Made by a program: the position numbers and the translations under genes
Assembly (NCBI RefSeq): GCF_021869535.1
Contig: NW_026262679.1
Span: 96,100,001 to 96,164,000 of the forward strand
Origin: Mytilus californianus
Lineage: Eukaryota
DNA: 64,000 nucleotides
Direction of reading: 5' to 3'
Shown here: positions 13,721-26,792 of the stretch, one piece after another
Layout of the letters: every line of letters begins with the position of its first letter
Numbering within the stretch: position 1 is the first letter of the stretch
Notes under the pieces: model-generated
What the model saw: only the letters and a program-made list of their open reading frames with translations
The model's database searches: none
Told to the model about the DNA's origin: nothing

Positions 13721-15730
13721 CTATATATGTTTGTATGAGAAATGAATATGGACTCACTTACTTATACCCTACTTAATTCCTCGTATCTAAGATACAACTT
13801 AATACATGTGTATTAAAACATTTCTGTTATTTTTACCTGTATTTGGCGCAAAAGAAGTAAATATTTTTGACGCAAATGAAATATAACCCCATGGCGTAAA
13901 TGAAATACCACATTTTTCAAAAATTGGGGCAAGTTTAATGCGCCCGTATATAACTGCAGTATATTTTGTTTCAAAATGCAAACATATTAAGTCGCTATTC
14001 ATTTTTAGGGAAATCTGTCGTCAATACTATATATTATCCTATATCGACATTGAAAGTTAGATTAACTTGGTATCTCAAATTCAAGTTTCATTTATGACTT
14101 AAATATTTATAGTCGCGTCAGCTATATTCCATTAAGCGTAATACTTATTGTGATAACTTCATTACCAGCAAAGTGATATACGGTGTTAGTAGCATATACA
14201 GAATTTTAAAATTGTTCCTGTGGTGGGTTGGGGAAGTAATACTTTGTGTGTGTGTGCCTGTGGTTTTACAAAAAGAACATCTGTTAACCCTATTTAATCC
14301 TTCATTAAAGGAGGATAGGCATCCACACTGAATTCACACATTGATAATGTTAAGTATTCATCCCGCAGACGCGTTTTAAAACCGCGCGCTTGTGTGTGTA
14401 TGGGGGTTAGGGGGGGGGGGGGTGTATTTATCTGTTTTGTATTGCGCTTTTTTGGGTCTGCGTTTTTTTTTTTTTAGCTAGCGGGGCTGAGAGTGTTTTT
14501 TATATTATGAATAAGAACACAGACTGAACCACCACTCCATATATATTAAATATACACAGATTTCAATTTTAAGCTTGCTACTTAATTCCCCGAAAAAAAG
14601 AAAAAGAAAAATACAATATGTTTATACGGAAAATAGCCTTTGCACGATAAAAATATATGACTTCGTCCCCTTTAACTTCCACTCATACATTATACTAGCT
14701 TTAGAAAACAAAATATGACTGTTATTTGTATTTGTTCATAAAACTACTTTCAGAAAACGAGATTCATTGGTCGTGAAGCATACGAGACAAACCAAAGTTA
14801 TATTATCTAAGAAAAATTAGAACACGTGAGCAATACAAGAGGTTCTGGATGAGAGGTCTTTATTATTGTATTCATTAATTCTTCGGTCCATTATCCGCTT
14901 TTCGATTTATTTCACTACCTCAATATTCCCTATTTTTTATTTTATTTACCTATTTTTCTCAATTTATTAGTTAATTTTGGCCAATTATTCTAAATTCTGT
15001 AAACTCCATCAAGACCCTCATATAGAATCCACATCTGCTCTCAATCTTTTAATTTTTTTCTTCTAAACTTAATATTTTATAAGCAATTTGCTTCCAAAAT
15101 CACATGTATGACTTTCGCGTATCTTCCAAACCCTTCCGAAATATTACATATGTTTATTTAAAGGCATTATGCACTCATCTATATTTGGTCATCCCTTATA
15201 ATTGAACATTTTGTTATTTTTGCCTATTTCACACGGGAAAAATAAAAACGCATTTTTATGAATGGGTACTTAATTGTAGGCATAAATACATTTGACGGTC
15301 GATTTGGCCAATCCTTGGTTACCGTTTAATCCATAACATACACGTAGAATGTTACACGTTTAACTTGACGATCAAGGAAGACACTCAAGAGGTTAATTTG
15401 GCATACAATTATTATTCAACTGAAAATTTCCAATGTCCGGTGACGATTGACTTTGAACTTCGCCCATTAGAAATAGATGACCGACGATTATATGCGAGTG
15501 TTTGTTTTCAACATTAAGGAAATACAATAAAAACAGTATGCGAAAAATCACAATAATACAATGTCCTTAAACTCACCAGGGTAAATTTTAATATTAAAGA
15601 TAGCTTTAATTTTTTATAATGTTCAAATCTGTTTAAAATTTAATATTTAATGACATTGACAGGCTTAATAAATAAGCAGCTACAAAATGTGTGACTGTAT
15701 AAAATATGAAAATAACACTTTATAATTTCC

Positions 15731-15772
15731 GCGACCGAAATACTTTTCTGGATTTACCATCATCAGAAACGC
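15731..15772 (-). ncRNA. Minimal type-I hammerhead variant, core intact, weak stem I
   Basis: Minus strand GCGTTT-CTGATGA-TGG[taaat]CCA-GAAA-A[gtat]TT-C-GGTCGC. A more degenerate sibling lies near 16330-16375. Confidence 0.55.
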
Positions 15773-15966
15773 TCAAAGCCGAATATTTGAAAGACAATGG
15801 CGTATACGAAGCGAAAAAGTCGAAGAGCTATATGACCAAAAAGGAACTAAAGATAGTCAAAAGTAAAATAACAAAAATACCGAACTCCAAGGAAAATTCA
15901 AATCAAAAAGTCCTTTATCAAATGGCAAAATCAAAAGCTCAAACACATCAAACAAATGGAAAACAA

Positions 15967-16066
15967 CTGTCATATTCCTGACTTGGTACAGGCATTTCCT
16001 TATGTAGAAAATGGTGGATTAAACCTGGTTTTATAGCTAGCTAAACCTCTTACTTGTTTGATAGTC
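15967..16066 (-). ncRNA. Twister-like motif, family B
   Basis: Minus strand GAGGT-ttagctagctataaaaccaggtt-TAA-TCC-AC-C[ATTTTCT..AGGAAAT]G-CCTG-TACCAAGT-CAGG-AATATGACAG. The L4 ACC / GGT pair replaces CCC / GGG. Confidence 0.55.
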
Positions 16067-17526
16067 GCATAAAATTCCATTATATTGACAACAATGTGTG
16101 AACAAATCCATCTAACTAAAGATCAATTTTGCCTGAGGGAGTTGAAACCTCAGTTTCTTCATAATTCCCAACTTTATAAACGAACAATTTTAGAAAGGTT
16201 TGTTATAAATGATGTTAGTACCGAAGTACTGACTACTGAGCCGATGAAACCCTCGGGGACTGATAGTCCACCAGCAGCGGTATCGACCCAGTGCTTTAAA
16301 AAAAATAAAAACAGCACTTTATTAATTTTATGCGTTCGAAGCGCTTTTTTTAATTTACGTTCACCAAAAACGCTCAACGCCGAATATTTGATAGCCAATC
16401 ATGTATTAGAACCGAGAGCTATATATATATGTATGACCAAAAAAGCACCTATAAAAGTAATAGACAAATCCATCAACAATCAACTTTGCCGAGGGAGTTG
16501 AAACCTTAATAGAAAAGAAAGGATATGGGGTATCCATCCATCACACAAAATCAGTATATGCACAGCAAAAAAAAAAAAAAAAAATAAAAAAAGGAAAGGC
16601 ACATCTCCTTTATTGTTGTTCATCATCTCAAATCACAGTAAGGCCTTCCACACGGTGCTAAAAACTCTAACCTCACTGCAAGTTTTAGACGACCCCTAGC
16701 ACCGGTTTAAGCGGAATTCTCTGCAAACTGACGATCACGCCACAACTGTGAAATGAAGAACAAAGCCATGTAGTAATATCAATGAAATACATCTGGCAAA
16801 GAATCAAACATTTATTATTCACTTTGTTTAGCAAACTACACATCAGTGTATAATGTTTTTATTTTGAATCAAATATTTATTTATGACATATAAAAGGCTC
16901 CCTAAGATCCTCTTTTTTATATGTCTGGGATAACTTTGTGGTTTGCTTTTAGTCTCACAACATCAAAACGGGCGAAACACAATAAAAACATTTCGGTCTT
17001 GTAAAAATAAAAAAATGTGGTATAATTGCCAATGAAACAACTCTCCATCAAAGACTGAATGACATAGAAGTTAACAACTATAGGTCACCGTACGGCCTTC
17101 AACAATGAGCAAAACCCAAACCGCATAGTCAGTTATAAAAGTTTCTTTAAAATTTCTAACTTTATAAACGAACAATTCTAAAAAGGTTTGTTATAAATGA
17201 TGTCCATACCGAAATAATGACTACTGATCGAGCTGATGATACCCTCGGGGACTAATCTGTTTAATTATTTGTTTAGCAAACTCCACATCAGTGTATAATT
17301 TTTTTACTTTGAATCAAATATTTATCTATGACATATATAAGGCTCCTTAATATCCTCTTTTTGAAGTGTCTGGAATAATTTTGTGGTTTGTTTTTTGTCT
17401 CACACCATAAAAACGGGCGAAAAACAAGAAAAACGCTTCGGTCTAATTCCTTACTTCTTATTAAAACATAAGAAAAATAAATTAAGGAATATGGATAATA
17501 GCATATATCTCTGATCGATTTATCAT

Positions 17527-19712
17527 CAGGCGCGTAGCTACGTTTACGTCAAAACGCCCGGGCGTACACATGAATTTAGGAGAAAAAATAATTAATCTAA
17601 ACAAATAAAAAAAAGCTTAAACCACACGAGCCTTCATATTCTTTCTTCAATAATAAATTTTAAAATTCACGAAATTTACTTTTTAATGAAATAGTATCAC
17701 ATTACATATTCGTTCATTTTCCGTCAAAGTCTGAATCTACTGTGAATTCTACTCAGTTTCCTATTGTTTAAAGTAATTCATTCGATATGTGATTTGCATT
17801 TTTGACGAGCCTGCGACATTAATGTCGGGAAAACGAGACCGTGGCTTAGCGTTCCTAGATTCCATCGGTGTCGTCAACATTTAGGTTCAGTCTGTTGTTA
17901 AAGTTATTTTTGGTTTTATCAATAACTTTGTCAGACATTCATGGAATTTTACGGAAGTTAGACGGAAGCTTTTTATGACCAAATTTAAGACAGTATTCAG
18001 AGCAAAATTTTATGAATATTTCTTTTGATTTTTGTCTCGCCTTGACGGAGTCAAAAAGTGAGACATAGGTATGTTGTTTCCTGCGTCGTTGTCGGCGGCG
18101 GCGTCAACAATGTATAAGTTTGTTATTAGGTCACTTTATGAGGAACCACTAGTGGTAGGCAAATAATATTTAGTATGCAGTTGTATTATCATTGACACAT
18201 CTCATTTCCATGGCGATTGTTTGGTCCCGCCCCCTCAGTCATGGTCTATTGACTTTGAAACTTTTGCTTGGTTTACATGCATTAGTTTGTAATAAGTTTG
18301 TTTATGGGAAACCACTAGTGTTATGTCAACGATATTTAACTACTAGGGGGTGTTTAACGACCTTGACTTCAATGAGGGTCTCGCACGGTCGACTAAATGG
18401 ACTTGTCGTTTGTTGATGTGGTTCATAAGTGTTTCTCGTTTTTTATATAGATTAGACCGTTGGTTTTCCCATTTGAATGGTTTTACACTAGTAATTTTTG
18501 GGGCCCTTTATAGCTTGCTGTTCGGTGTGAGCCAAGGCTCCGTGTTGAAGACCGTTCTTTGACCTATAATGGTTTACTTTTATAAATTTTGACTCGGTTG
18601 GAGAGTTGTCTCATTGGCACTCATACCACATCTTCTTATATCTATTAGTTTTTGTTTACAGTTAATATTTAGATGCCGTACAAGGTTAAAGTTTTTTCAG
18701 AAATCAATTACTTTGTCAAACCTTCATGAAATTTTACCTAAGTTGGACACAAACTTTTTATGATCAAAAGTCAGTATCCAGAGCATAATGAAAATATATA
18801 TTTTTTTATTTTCCGTATTTAACTAATAAAAGGACTTTGTTGTTTTGTAGTTAATAAGAAGATACATTTTGAGGTTAAAGTTTGTTACAAATCAATTACT
18901 TTGTCAAACTTTCATGGAATTTTATGAACATTTGGCAGAAGCTTTTTAAAGATTTTAAAAGAGATAATTTTGAAATTATTTTTTTTATTTTTTTATTTTT
19001 CAGTATTTTACTGACTTATTTTTTTTTTATAATTAACAGACGGTCTGTTTTTACATGATGAATTTGTAAACCTTCATAGATTGTTATGAACCTTGGAAAT
19101 AAGCTTATCTTAAAGATAAAGTTTTTCTTTTCTTAAATCATGTATTTCACTTATCAATAGATAACTTTTTATAGTCACACTGACAGAAGTAATCCCAGGC
19201 GAGACACAGGGTTCCACGGAACTCTTTACGAATTTTATATTTCACCTGAAAATCTATGAAAATTATTTATTTCATGTGTCTATTAACAGAATTTGCGCAT
19301 AAAAATGGGTGAAAATTTAGATGAAGTCGAAATAATTAAAAGAACAACATTGAAATGGAGACTTGCTTTTTTTATTATCTTGATTTGGCTATTTGTAGAT
19401 CCCACATCTCCTTTTACACATATTTTAAGTAACTGGTTTGGACATTTTTCTCTAAGACAAATGATCATTGGATTCAAAATCAACACAATGAATAAATTAA
19501 ACTTAAAAAAAAATAAACTAGACTCTAAATATTTAGCTATGGATGAGTTTTTAATGACAGAAATGGTATCTCTTTCTCGATAACGCGAGTATCTGGGGCT
19601 TCACCCCATCAACCCCCTACTAGGAGGATCTCTGCCCTGGACCCGCTTTGGTCCCTCAGACACCTCGCCGAGTATCGGGCGTACACTTACAAATGGCCTA
19701 GCTACGCCACTG
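17527..19712. mobile_element. Non-autonomous TIR DNA transposon (hAT-like termini) with nested insertions
   Basis: Left end CAGGCGCGTAGCTAC; right end reverse complement CAGTGGCGTAGCTAG (12/15). Flanked on both sides by ATCAT (17522-17526 and 19713-19717). Both ends carry an internal GGGCGTACAC. Confidence 0.55.
17799..19226 (+). mobile_element. Nested Helentron-associated-like (HINE/pearl-type) elements with internal subrepeats
   Basis: T-rich start TTTTTGACGAGCCTGCGAC. A second start TTTTTGTCTCGCC..GTGAGACATAGG..GGCGGCGGCG occurs at ~18028. Repeated CTTTGTCAAAC.TTCATG cores; terminal GCGAGACACAGGGTTCCACGGAACTCT hairpin. Confidence 0.55.
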
Positions 19713-20899
19713 ATCATGATTATTCATATGATCACAAACATCTTCAATTAAAAGAAATTTTCTTTCATGATAAAAAGTGTCCTTACACCCAAAATGTAAT
19801 TGGAAGTTTGACATCGGTTAACAATTTAATGTTTAATCAAATGGATAAATATTATACAGGTGCATTTAAATGTTGTCAAGTTTGCATGTATGGTTGTGAA
19901 AAAATAATTTCTTCCCTGATTTTATCTCACACCGGAATACCATTTTCTATCTGCAATCTTAATTCATGGTATTCAAGTGTATTTTAAGGTATTAAGGTTT
20001 TAACAACATTTTGTGAATTCTAAATTATAAATGCCTAAAGATGCCTAAAAAACTGCAACTTTGACAGATTTTGACATAATTGACAAATTTGTAGTATTGA
20101 TCGTTATAAATTATCACAAGATAAACATATAAATAAATAAAGCAACGATAATACCATACATATACTAGTTTACGTTTAAAATATGTCCGACTTGTTTTTG
20201 ACATTGTTGGTACATATTTACAGCCGAAGAGAGCTCTGAAATTATATAATAACTTAATCATCTACAATTCATCAGACTTAAACACGATTTACTTACATGC
20301 TATTTATAAGTTTGTTTGGAACATGTACATTAATGAATATATTATCATGAATCTAGGATATTTATCAATCATGTTTATTCATATTAAAGACACGACTTAA
20401 CCTATATTTAAAGGTACGGAGTGTTTCGCAGTATTTTAGATTAGATCAGCTTTTGTTTTTGTTATTGTGTTATTATGTAAGGAAATAAGGGAACTTTATC
20501 TTTATTTCTTAAGCATTTCTTATTTAAGTTTTTTTCATTCATTTTCGCATTTAAGTTTCGGTTACATTATTATTGAGAATATGACAATAAACTTTAAGTG
20601 AGACCAAAAATTTTTATAAAGCAAAGACGGGCGCTATTGGTTCTGTTGGTCACAAATTATACTAGACTATTAATACATGCAATAGTAAAAACAAACAAAA
20701 AACTCTTATTCTGACCTACAATGTAGGATTTTGAAAGTGTACTGACTGATATTTTAGTCTTAGATAGCTTTGATCTAGTTTTTATTATCTGCCATTACTC
20801 TCAGATCTGTACTTTATGACTTTTGGTTTTTTGTTAGTTTTTTTGTGTGCTTTGTATCGATCTGATGAGTTAATCCCTATTCAACTGATTTTTATAGTT

Positions 20900-21265
20900 T
20901 CTTCTTATGGTATGCTTTAACACGTACCCCTGTCCAAGGTTAGGGAAGGGTTGGGTGCCAGCAAACATGTTATACTCCGCCACATTCTGTATGTGCCTGT
21001 CCTAAGTCAGGTCCCTGTGATCCGGTAGTTGTCGTTTGTTGCTGTATATTATACTCTTGTGTTTCGTTAATTGTTTTGTACGTAAATTATGTCATTACTT
21101 TTTTTTCGTTTGGAGTGTTTGACATTTGTCATTTCGGGCCTTTTATAGCTTACTATGAGTTTTGCTCATTGTTTAAGGGCATATGGTGACCTAACGTTGA
21201 TACATTCTACGTCGTTTGATCTCTGGTGGAGAGTTGTCTCATTGGCAATCATACCACATCTTATT
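20900..21265 (+). mobile_element. Abundant interspersed repeat family A with degenerate twister-like motif (~20936-21017)
   Basis: Shares GGAGAGTTGTCTCATTGGCAATCATACCACATCTT and GTGCCTGTCC.AAGTCAGG with copies or fragments at ~6715-6990, ~17005-17140, ~18437-18645, ~22720-22800, ~29775-30100 and ~63430-63750. Confidence 0.8.
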
Positions 21266-22299
21266 TTTATACTAGGAGGTTATATGCAAATGTACTTGGT
21301 TCGACTGACAAGCGATACGGCTAATTCTGAAATATTCTACTCCCTCTCATGAATTAAATTGTTTCGGATAAAAGAAATACTCGAATTAAATTGTTTCGGA
21401 TAAAAGTGATACTCTCGACTTCATTGTCAGCTAATAGAAACAGTGAGAGATACATATATCTAAATAAAACAGTGAGAGATACATATATCTAAATGTACAA
21501 ATACATTGGTGACGGTATAAACGTGCGTGTTGTTTTGTTGTACTTACTATTTCAGTGCACTTTCCAGACCCATATTTTCTTAATTGTTTACTATTATAAT
21601 GTAACAAATTACTTACAACACACAAATGTCTAATACATATACTTATATATCGGTCAGCACTGAATAAATGTATCAGCGAACAGAGCTATTTATCAGCTGT
21701 TTAAGTCTAATTTCGAAATACATGTAATAGTTTCTGGTGATACCTTTTTAAAAAACCATTGCGACATACATAGCAAATAATGTGTATAAAACGAATTGTG
21801 TATACAATGAATATTAAGCAAAGGAAATGTGTAATCATAAAGAATCAATTTAGACTGTCAGTGATTTTCCAACAATGTGTATCCGATGCGATCCTATAGC
21901 AATATAGTTCATGCGATCGGTTCTCGAATACCCATACTGATGATTTAATCAATCTGGATTCTGATCTTCAGTGTATCATTTCTACTCCTTTCCGAAAGGC
22001 GTTCCCAAGTTTGTAACTCAGCCTATTAGCCAATTGAATCTTAGCAACTCCATCTGGAAACCAATCAGAACTAACGTGTGTTATGTAAAAATAATAATAA
22101 TTTGAAGATGGTGTGTATATCGTATGAAAGTTTTATAGCTTCGCATCGTTATACGAAGCAATCGGACGAAAGAAAACTGGATTTTATTTTACATTTACTG
22201 TAAAACATCAGACAAACGTAGAAATATTTACGTAAAAATACTGCGGTTAACCAATGAACATATTCATAATGTAAATTAGAAAATGTTTATTCAAAATTT

Positions 22300-23480
22300 A
22301 TTTATTGTCATTAGAAGACTTATGTAAATAATTTACGTTGCATAAAGAACTTATAGAGACTTTTACATTAAAAAGGCTGAATGTTGAAGCAGTTCATATT
22401 TGTAAAAATTTTGAATCATAATTTAAATTCTAAAAAAATATATGTTGAGAACATTCTGAGTAAAGATTGAATCTTAAGTCAACATACAAAGAGCAGTTCA
22501 ATAAAAAATGTTTCTTAAATTCAATACAACTATTAGAACAATATATACAAAGACGGTCGTCAACTGGTATTGGTGGTCTGATGACTCTGCCAGTCTCGAT
22601 GGCTAACGGAAGTGAGCCTGCACGGAACAGGGTCATAACACGTGTGTATGGCCGGTGACTATAATTTGCAAGATATATTCAAAATAATGGTCCATAGGTT
22701 CTCAATATAAAAATAAAGAGATGAGGTATGATTGCCAATGAGACAACTATCCACCAAAGTTAAGATGAAGTGGATGTAAGCAATTATAGGCAAATGTACA
22801 GCCTATTTATTTCCGGTCATCATTTCCTGTCATAATAAAGTTCTCTTTTCTATTCCATATTGTTAAGAAGTTTAACGTTTTCGAATCTTCTTTTCATGAC
22901 TATTTTGGTTCAAATTGTCACATCACTTACAAGTTCATTTTAATTCCAACATGCCGACCGTCTTCCTCATTCAGTGTTCCAGCCTTTTCGCCGACGCGAT
23001 ATCCAACTCTAAATCTTATAGACAGTTCTATTTCCCACAGTCGAATTAGATTACACAAAAGCTGAACGAAAGAAACACTACATGTTGCTTAATTAAAAAC
23101 ATGAAGTCCATCCTAGGTCACGAGGTCACCGACCGTAGAAATTTTTGAAGCATTTTTCCCAACAGACAAAGGGTACTTGTAGCTTTATTTCAAACAGCAT
23201 TGATTCATTATATGATAAAGTCCCCTAAATTTCGCTTCCTAAAATCAAAATAGACTCCATTATAGAATTGTACAGTTTTATGTAAACCTTGTATGACATA
23301 CCACCAGAAGAGATGAATCGTCCGAAAACTGCTTTCAAAGTTCGGCTCACTGATTTAGCAAGTTCTTTAGTGCTTTTCGTAAACGTTAGATGCTTGTCAA
23401 ACCAAATCCTAATGTATTTGTAAGAGTTCGTATTTGTAATATTATAAATACTACGTAAAATAATGGTCTGAAATATCAAA
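22300..23480 (-). pseudogene. CR1/L2-type LINE ORF2 3-prime remnant
   Basis: YKYIRIWFDKHLTF..ELAKSVSR..GGMSYKVYIKLYNSIMESILILGSEI (post-RT region) and RAGSLPLAIETGR..DRLCIYC..HFLLNCSLYVDLR (C-terminal Cys/His motif). Interrupted by a family-A fragment at ~22720-22800. Confidence 0.8.
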
Positions 23481-23499
23481 CGCGAAATGTGTACTTTCG

Positions 23500-23670
23500 C
23501 AGGGAATAGAGTGTATGCTGGGTAATACAAAAGGTTTGCCTTGCAACAGTTAACTAAAGGACCCCTCTTTTGTACGTAATTAGATCTTTAAGCTCGTGAA
23601 ACTCTGTACAAACACAGGACATCGGATTTTACATTCCCATTTCGACTGGACAAGACTTTCTATTTATATA
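23500..23670 (-). mobile_element. Degenerate SINE central-domain fragment (Meta/RUDI-like)
   Basis: Minus strand GGGAATGTAAAATCCGATGTCCTGTG..CTTAAAGATC..AAAGAGGGG, similar to 56405-56620. Confidence 0.4.
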
Positions 23671-24014
23671 CACATAACAGCTAACGTATGCCTCCAGACA
23701 TGGGGCTTATACGTCCGGACAGTATAAATTAAATTGATCATATACTTAGCATTTCCGTCAACTTTGACATTTTAAAGAGTATTCTTATAACACTCATATA
23801 CTATAAACGCATCTTGCAATTGATAATGTAAAAGTAAGCTCACACGACACATGCTCCTGGGATACTTTGTGTAACGCAAACTTGTAGCCAAAAGTTTTGA
23901 AGACAAATACATTAACCGAACGTTTGTGAACTCAAACCAAGATGGCCCTGTAAATAAGAAAAACAAGATTTCAAAATTAAACTGGCAAAAGTGATCTTTT
24001 CCACAGGTTAAAAT

Positions 24015-24400
24015 CTTATAAAAATAAGAAGATGTGGTATGATTGCCAATGAGACAACTCTCCACAAGAGACCAAATGACAAAGAAATTAACAACTATAG
24101 GTCACCGTACGGCCTTCAACAATGAAAAAAATCCATACCGCATAGAAAGCTATAAAAGGCCCCGAAATGACAAATTTAAAGCAATTCGAACGAGAAAACT
24201 AACGGCCTAATTTATGTACATAATAATGAACGAAAAACAAATATGATACACAGAAACAAACGATAACCACAGGCTCCTGACTTGGGACAGGCACATATAG
24301 AATGTGTCTCGGTTAAACATGTTAGCGGGCGCCCCCCCCCCCCTAACATGGGACAGTGGTGTAACAGTACAACATTAGAACAAACTATAATCAAAGTACT
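24015..24400 (-). mobile_element. Interspersed repeat family A, near-complete copy
   Basis: Full AAGAAGATGTGGTATGATTGCCAATGAGACAACTCTCCA..GGCTCCTGACTTGGGACAGGCACAT block on +. The twister-like motif on - is degenerate but keeps the palindromes GGGCGCCC and AACATGTT. Confidence 0.8.
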
Positions 24401-26792
24401 GAAGTACTGAACATCGGATGACCGCAAGTTCTTGTGGATGGTCACAAGCACTTGTCTCAGAAAAAAAATCACATCTTTATACCTGAAAGTGAGGTTAAGA
24501 TATAAAGAAGATATATTTATTCAAGTTCGTGCGTGGATGATGAAAAAATGACAGGGAATTCAACCTCACCGTAATAACTATAATATTGAAGTGATACAAA
24601 TCATTATACTCTGGTTTGTTGTTATATATTATATTTATATTTGTATATAACAGTTACATGTATATATAATTTTCATCCATTTATATATCATTCTATTTTA
24701 CTATTCTAATAATAGTGCAGTGCAAGTGCATGGTGAACATTCTTCTGTAATAATTCGATTTTTCTAATAGATTGGATTTGAGTAGGCATTCATATTTTCC
24801 CGCAAAACGTTCTTCCGCATGCGTTAACACACATTTTCGGTATTCTTGATTTGTTATTGATATATATATATTTCTCACGACAAAACATTTTCATATCATT
24901 TATCTACGTTCTTAAAAATATTTATTGATGAAATTGATATATAACAAGCGATAGGGAATGTTATTTTGCGTTCGGTTATCAGTCAAAAACGAAAGTCACG
25001 TGAGTAGAAATATCTGTGGCAACAATACACCGGAATGCCCTCACGGTCATCCGATGTAAAAATCAGTTGAAAAAGGCTTACTTAACTCATCAGATTGATA
25101 CAAATAGAAATACATCTAACAAAAACACTGAGTGGACGTGGCAGGTTACTTATGCATCCCCACAACAAATAGACACTTAGTACAGATCTTAGAATACTCG
25201 TAGTTACTGACAGCTAGTTAAAAGCCAATAGCAACTAATAACAAAATCATGCATCTCAGACTAAAATAAACCATACAAAGTATGACAAAGGAACAAATTT
25301 ATGCTAAAATGAATGAAGGTGTTGTGCGAGATCTTAACAGACATTTAGTTCAGAATTCACCGTTTCAGAATATAAAGGACTCTGAGTAGTTTCGTCGGTC
25401 TTTATAGTTACCCCTATTTAAGAATAACTTCAATTCATTGGTTGAATTTCCATTTGTAAAGAAGTTTTTAACCAATCACAATGTTTTGTGTACACTTTTG
25501 AAAATATTACCCAGTATGCTTTAGGTTCTGAAACAGCAAATTCAGTCATTTATAATTTTATAAAAAGTATTATTAAAATATAATTATTGTCATGCCAGTT
25601 CCGAAGCCTTGTGAAAAGTGGAACTAAAATTTACCTACAGAAGTACATAATCTGCTGTATTGAAATAAACATAGTACATGTATGATACATATTCCAGAAC
25701 GTAGGACATATATTCTTTAATAATCTTTGTAGGGGAGCCAAAAGTTTAGAAGACAAACATGAAAATTTGGGATCACAAAACTTAATGGAAACAGCCAGGT
25801 CCACAACCACTCGGGAGACCGTTAAATAATTTTGATGATTAGAATTGCGAGCTATTTATAAAAAATTTTTTAACAAATCATAAGTTCTATGTATACAATG
25901 TATACCCAGCGAGCAATTTAAAAAGGTGACAATCAAATCAAACGTCATGTAGTCATTAGACTTCCGGCCTTATTACATTGACTCTAGGGGTAAACCTGTT
26001 TTATAACTTTAATTAAGGTGACGTCAGGCTGGCTGCTATGTTGTTTTAACAAACAAACAAAAAGAAATATAAGTGGACAACCATAAAATATAAAAAAAAA
26101 TACGTTACTTGTTACCAAGAATGAAACAAACCTTTTCACACTATAATATAAGTTTTAAGAGTGTTTTATATTTGTTTATTAGAAAAGTCTTCATCTCCGC
26201 AAAAAACTCTCAATTCTCTTTCAAATGACATCTTTAGCATCTGTCTTTTTATGTGATTTATTTTTCATTATGACCTGCAAAAGCGAATTCAGGTGCGGAC
26301 ATGAACCTGACACGCCTACTTCTCGTTTAAATCTGTTACTGTTAATATAAAGCCTTCTAGATGAACAAGAGTGTACATGCCTACTTTACTTATGATTGAA
26401 TTTATGTAATTTATATAATGGAATGCTTTGTATGTCGCTGTAGGAGTCAATTTGTTTGTTAGTAGCAATTTTTCGGATTTTTAAGTTATAGTATAGTGGG
26501 TCGATCGGGATAAAAGAGGGGGAATGTAGAATTTCACGGGGAAAAGGTCAGAAGAACATACGAACGGACGGACGAGGTGCGATTACCACGCTAAAGTGCG
26601 ATCACCTTGCACTTTCACGACTTGACTGTGGTTTTCTACAGCAGTTTGTTCAAATTTCTGACCAGTTGAACAGTTTGGTTTTATAAAACAAATTGCAATT
26701 TGGTCAGAATTTTGAATAATTTGCAATAGGTGGAGAGCAGCACTGACAGTCAAGTCACAGTAATAAGTTTCCATGGGAGATAACCTAAAATC

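Larger units (their letters stand above)
10330..14350. repeat. Local mosaic of diverged duplicated modules (A-B-A-C-B-C-B)
   Basis: A ~10330-10555 and ~10925-11150; B ~10560-10915, ~11660-12000 and ~13990-14350; C ~11165-11600 and ~12150-12620. Recognised by shared strings such as GTTCCTGTG.TGG..TTGGGAAGT and TTTACCCCAGAATGA.ACAATAAG. Confidence 0.75.

Noticed and set aside
12655-13975. Mirrored TTTCATTTGCGCCA / TGGCGCAAATGAAA-type motifs suggesting a MITE
   Set aside because: Termini and TSD could not be defined; too degenerate to call with confidence.
15706-16501. 91-aa and 138-aa ORFs
   Set aside because: They lie within retrozyme-like and twister-bearing repeats; no protein motif.
20025-20261. 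Possible minus-strand exon ALFGCKYVPTMSKTSRTYFKRKLVY with AG/GT borders
   Set aside because: No phase-compatible neighbouring exons or recognisable motif were found.
20855-20900. CTGATGAG motif (also on the minus strand at ~25070-25100) as a hammerhead
   Set aside because: The stem is followed by TGAT rather than GAAA, and there is no stem III or cleavage triplet.
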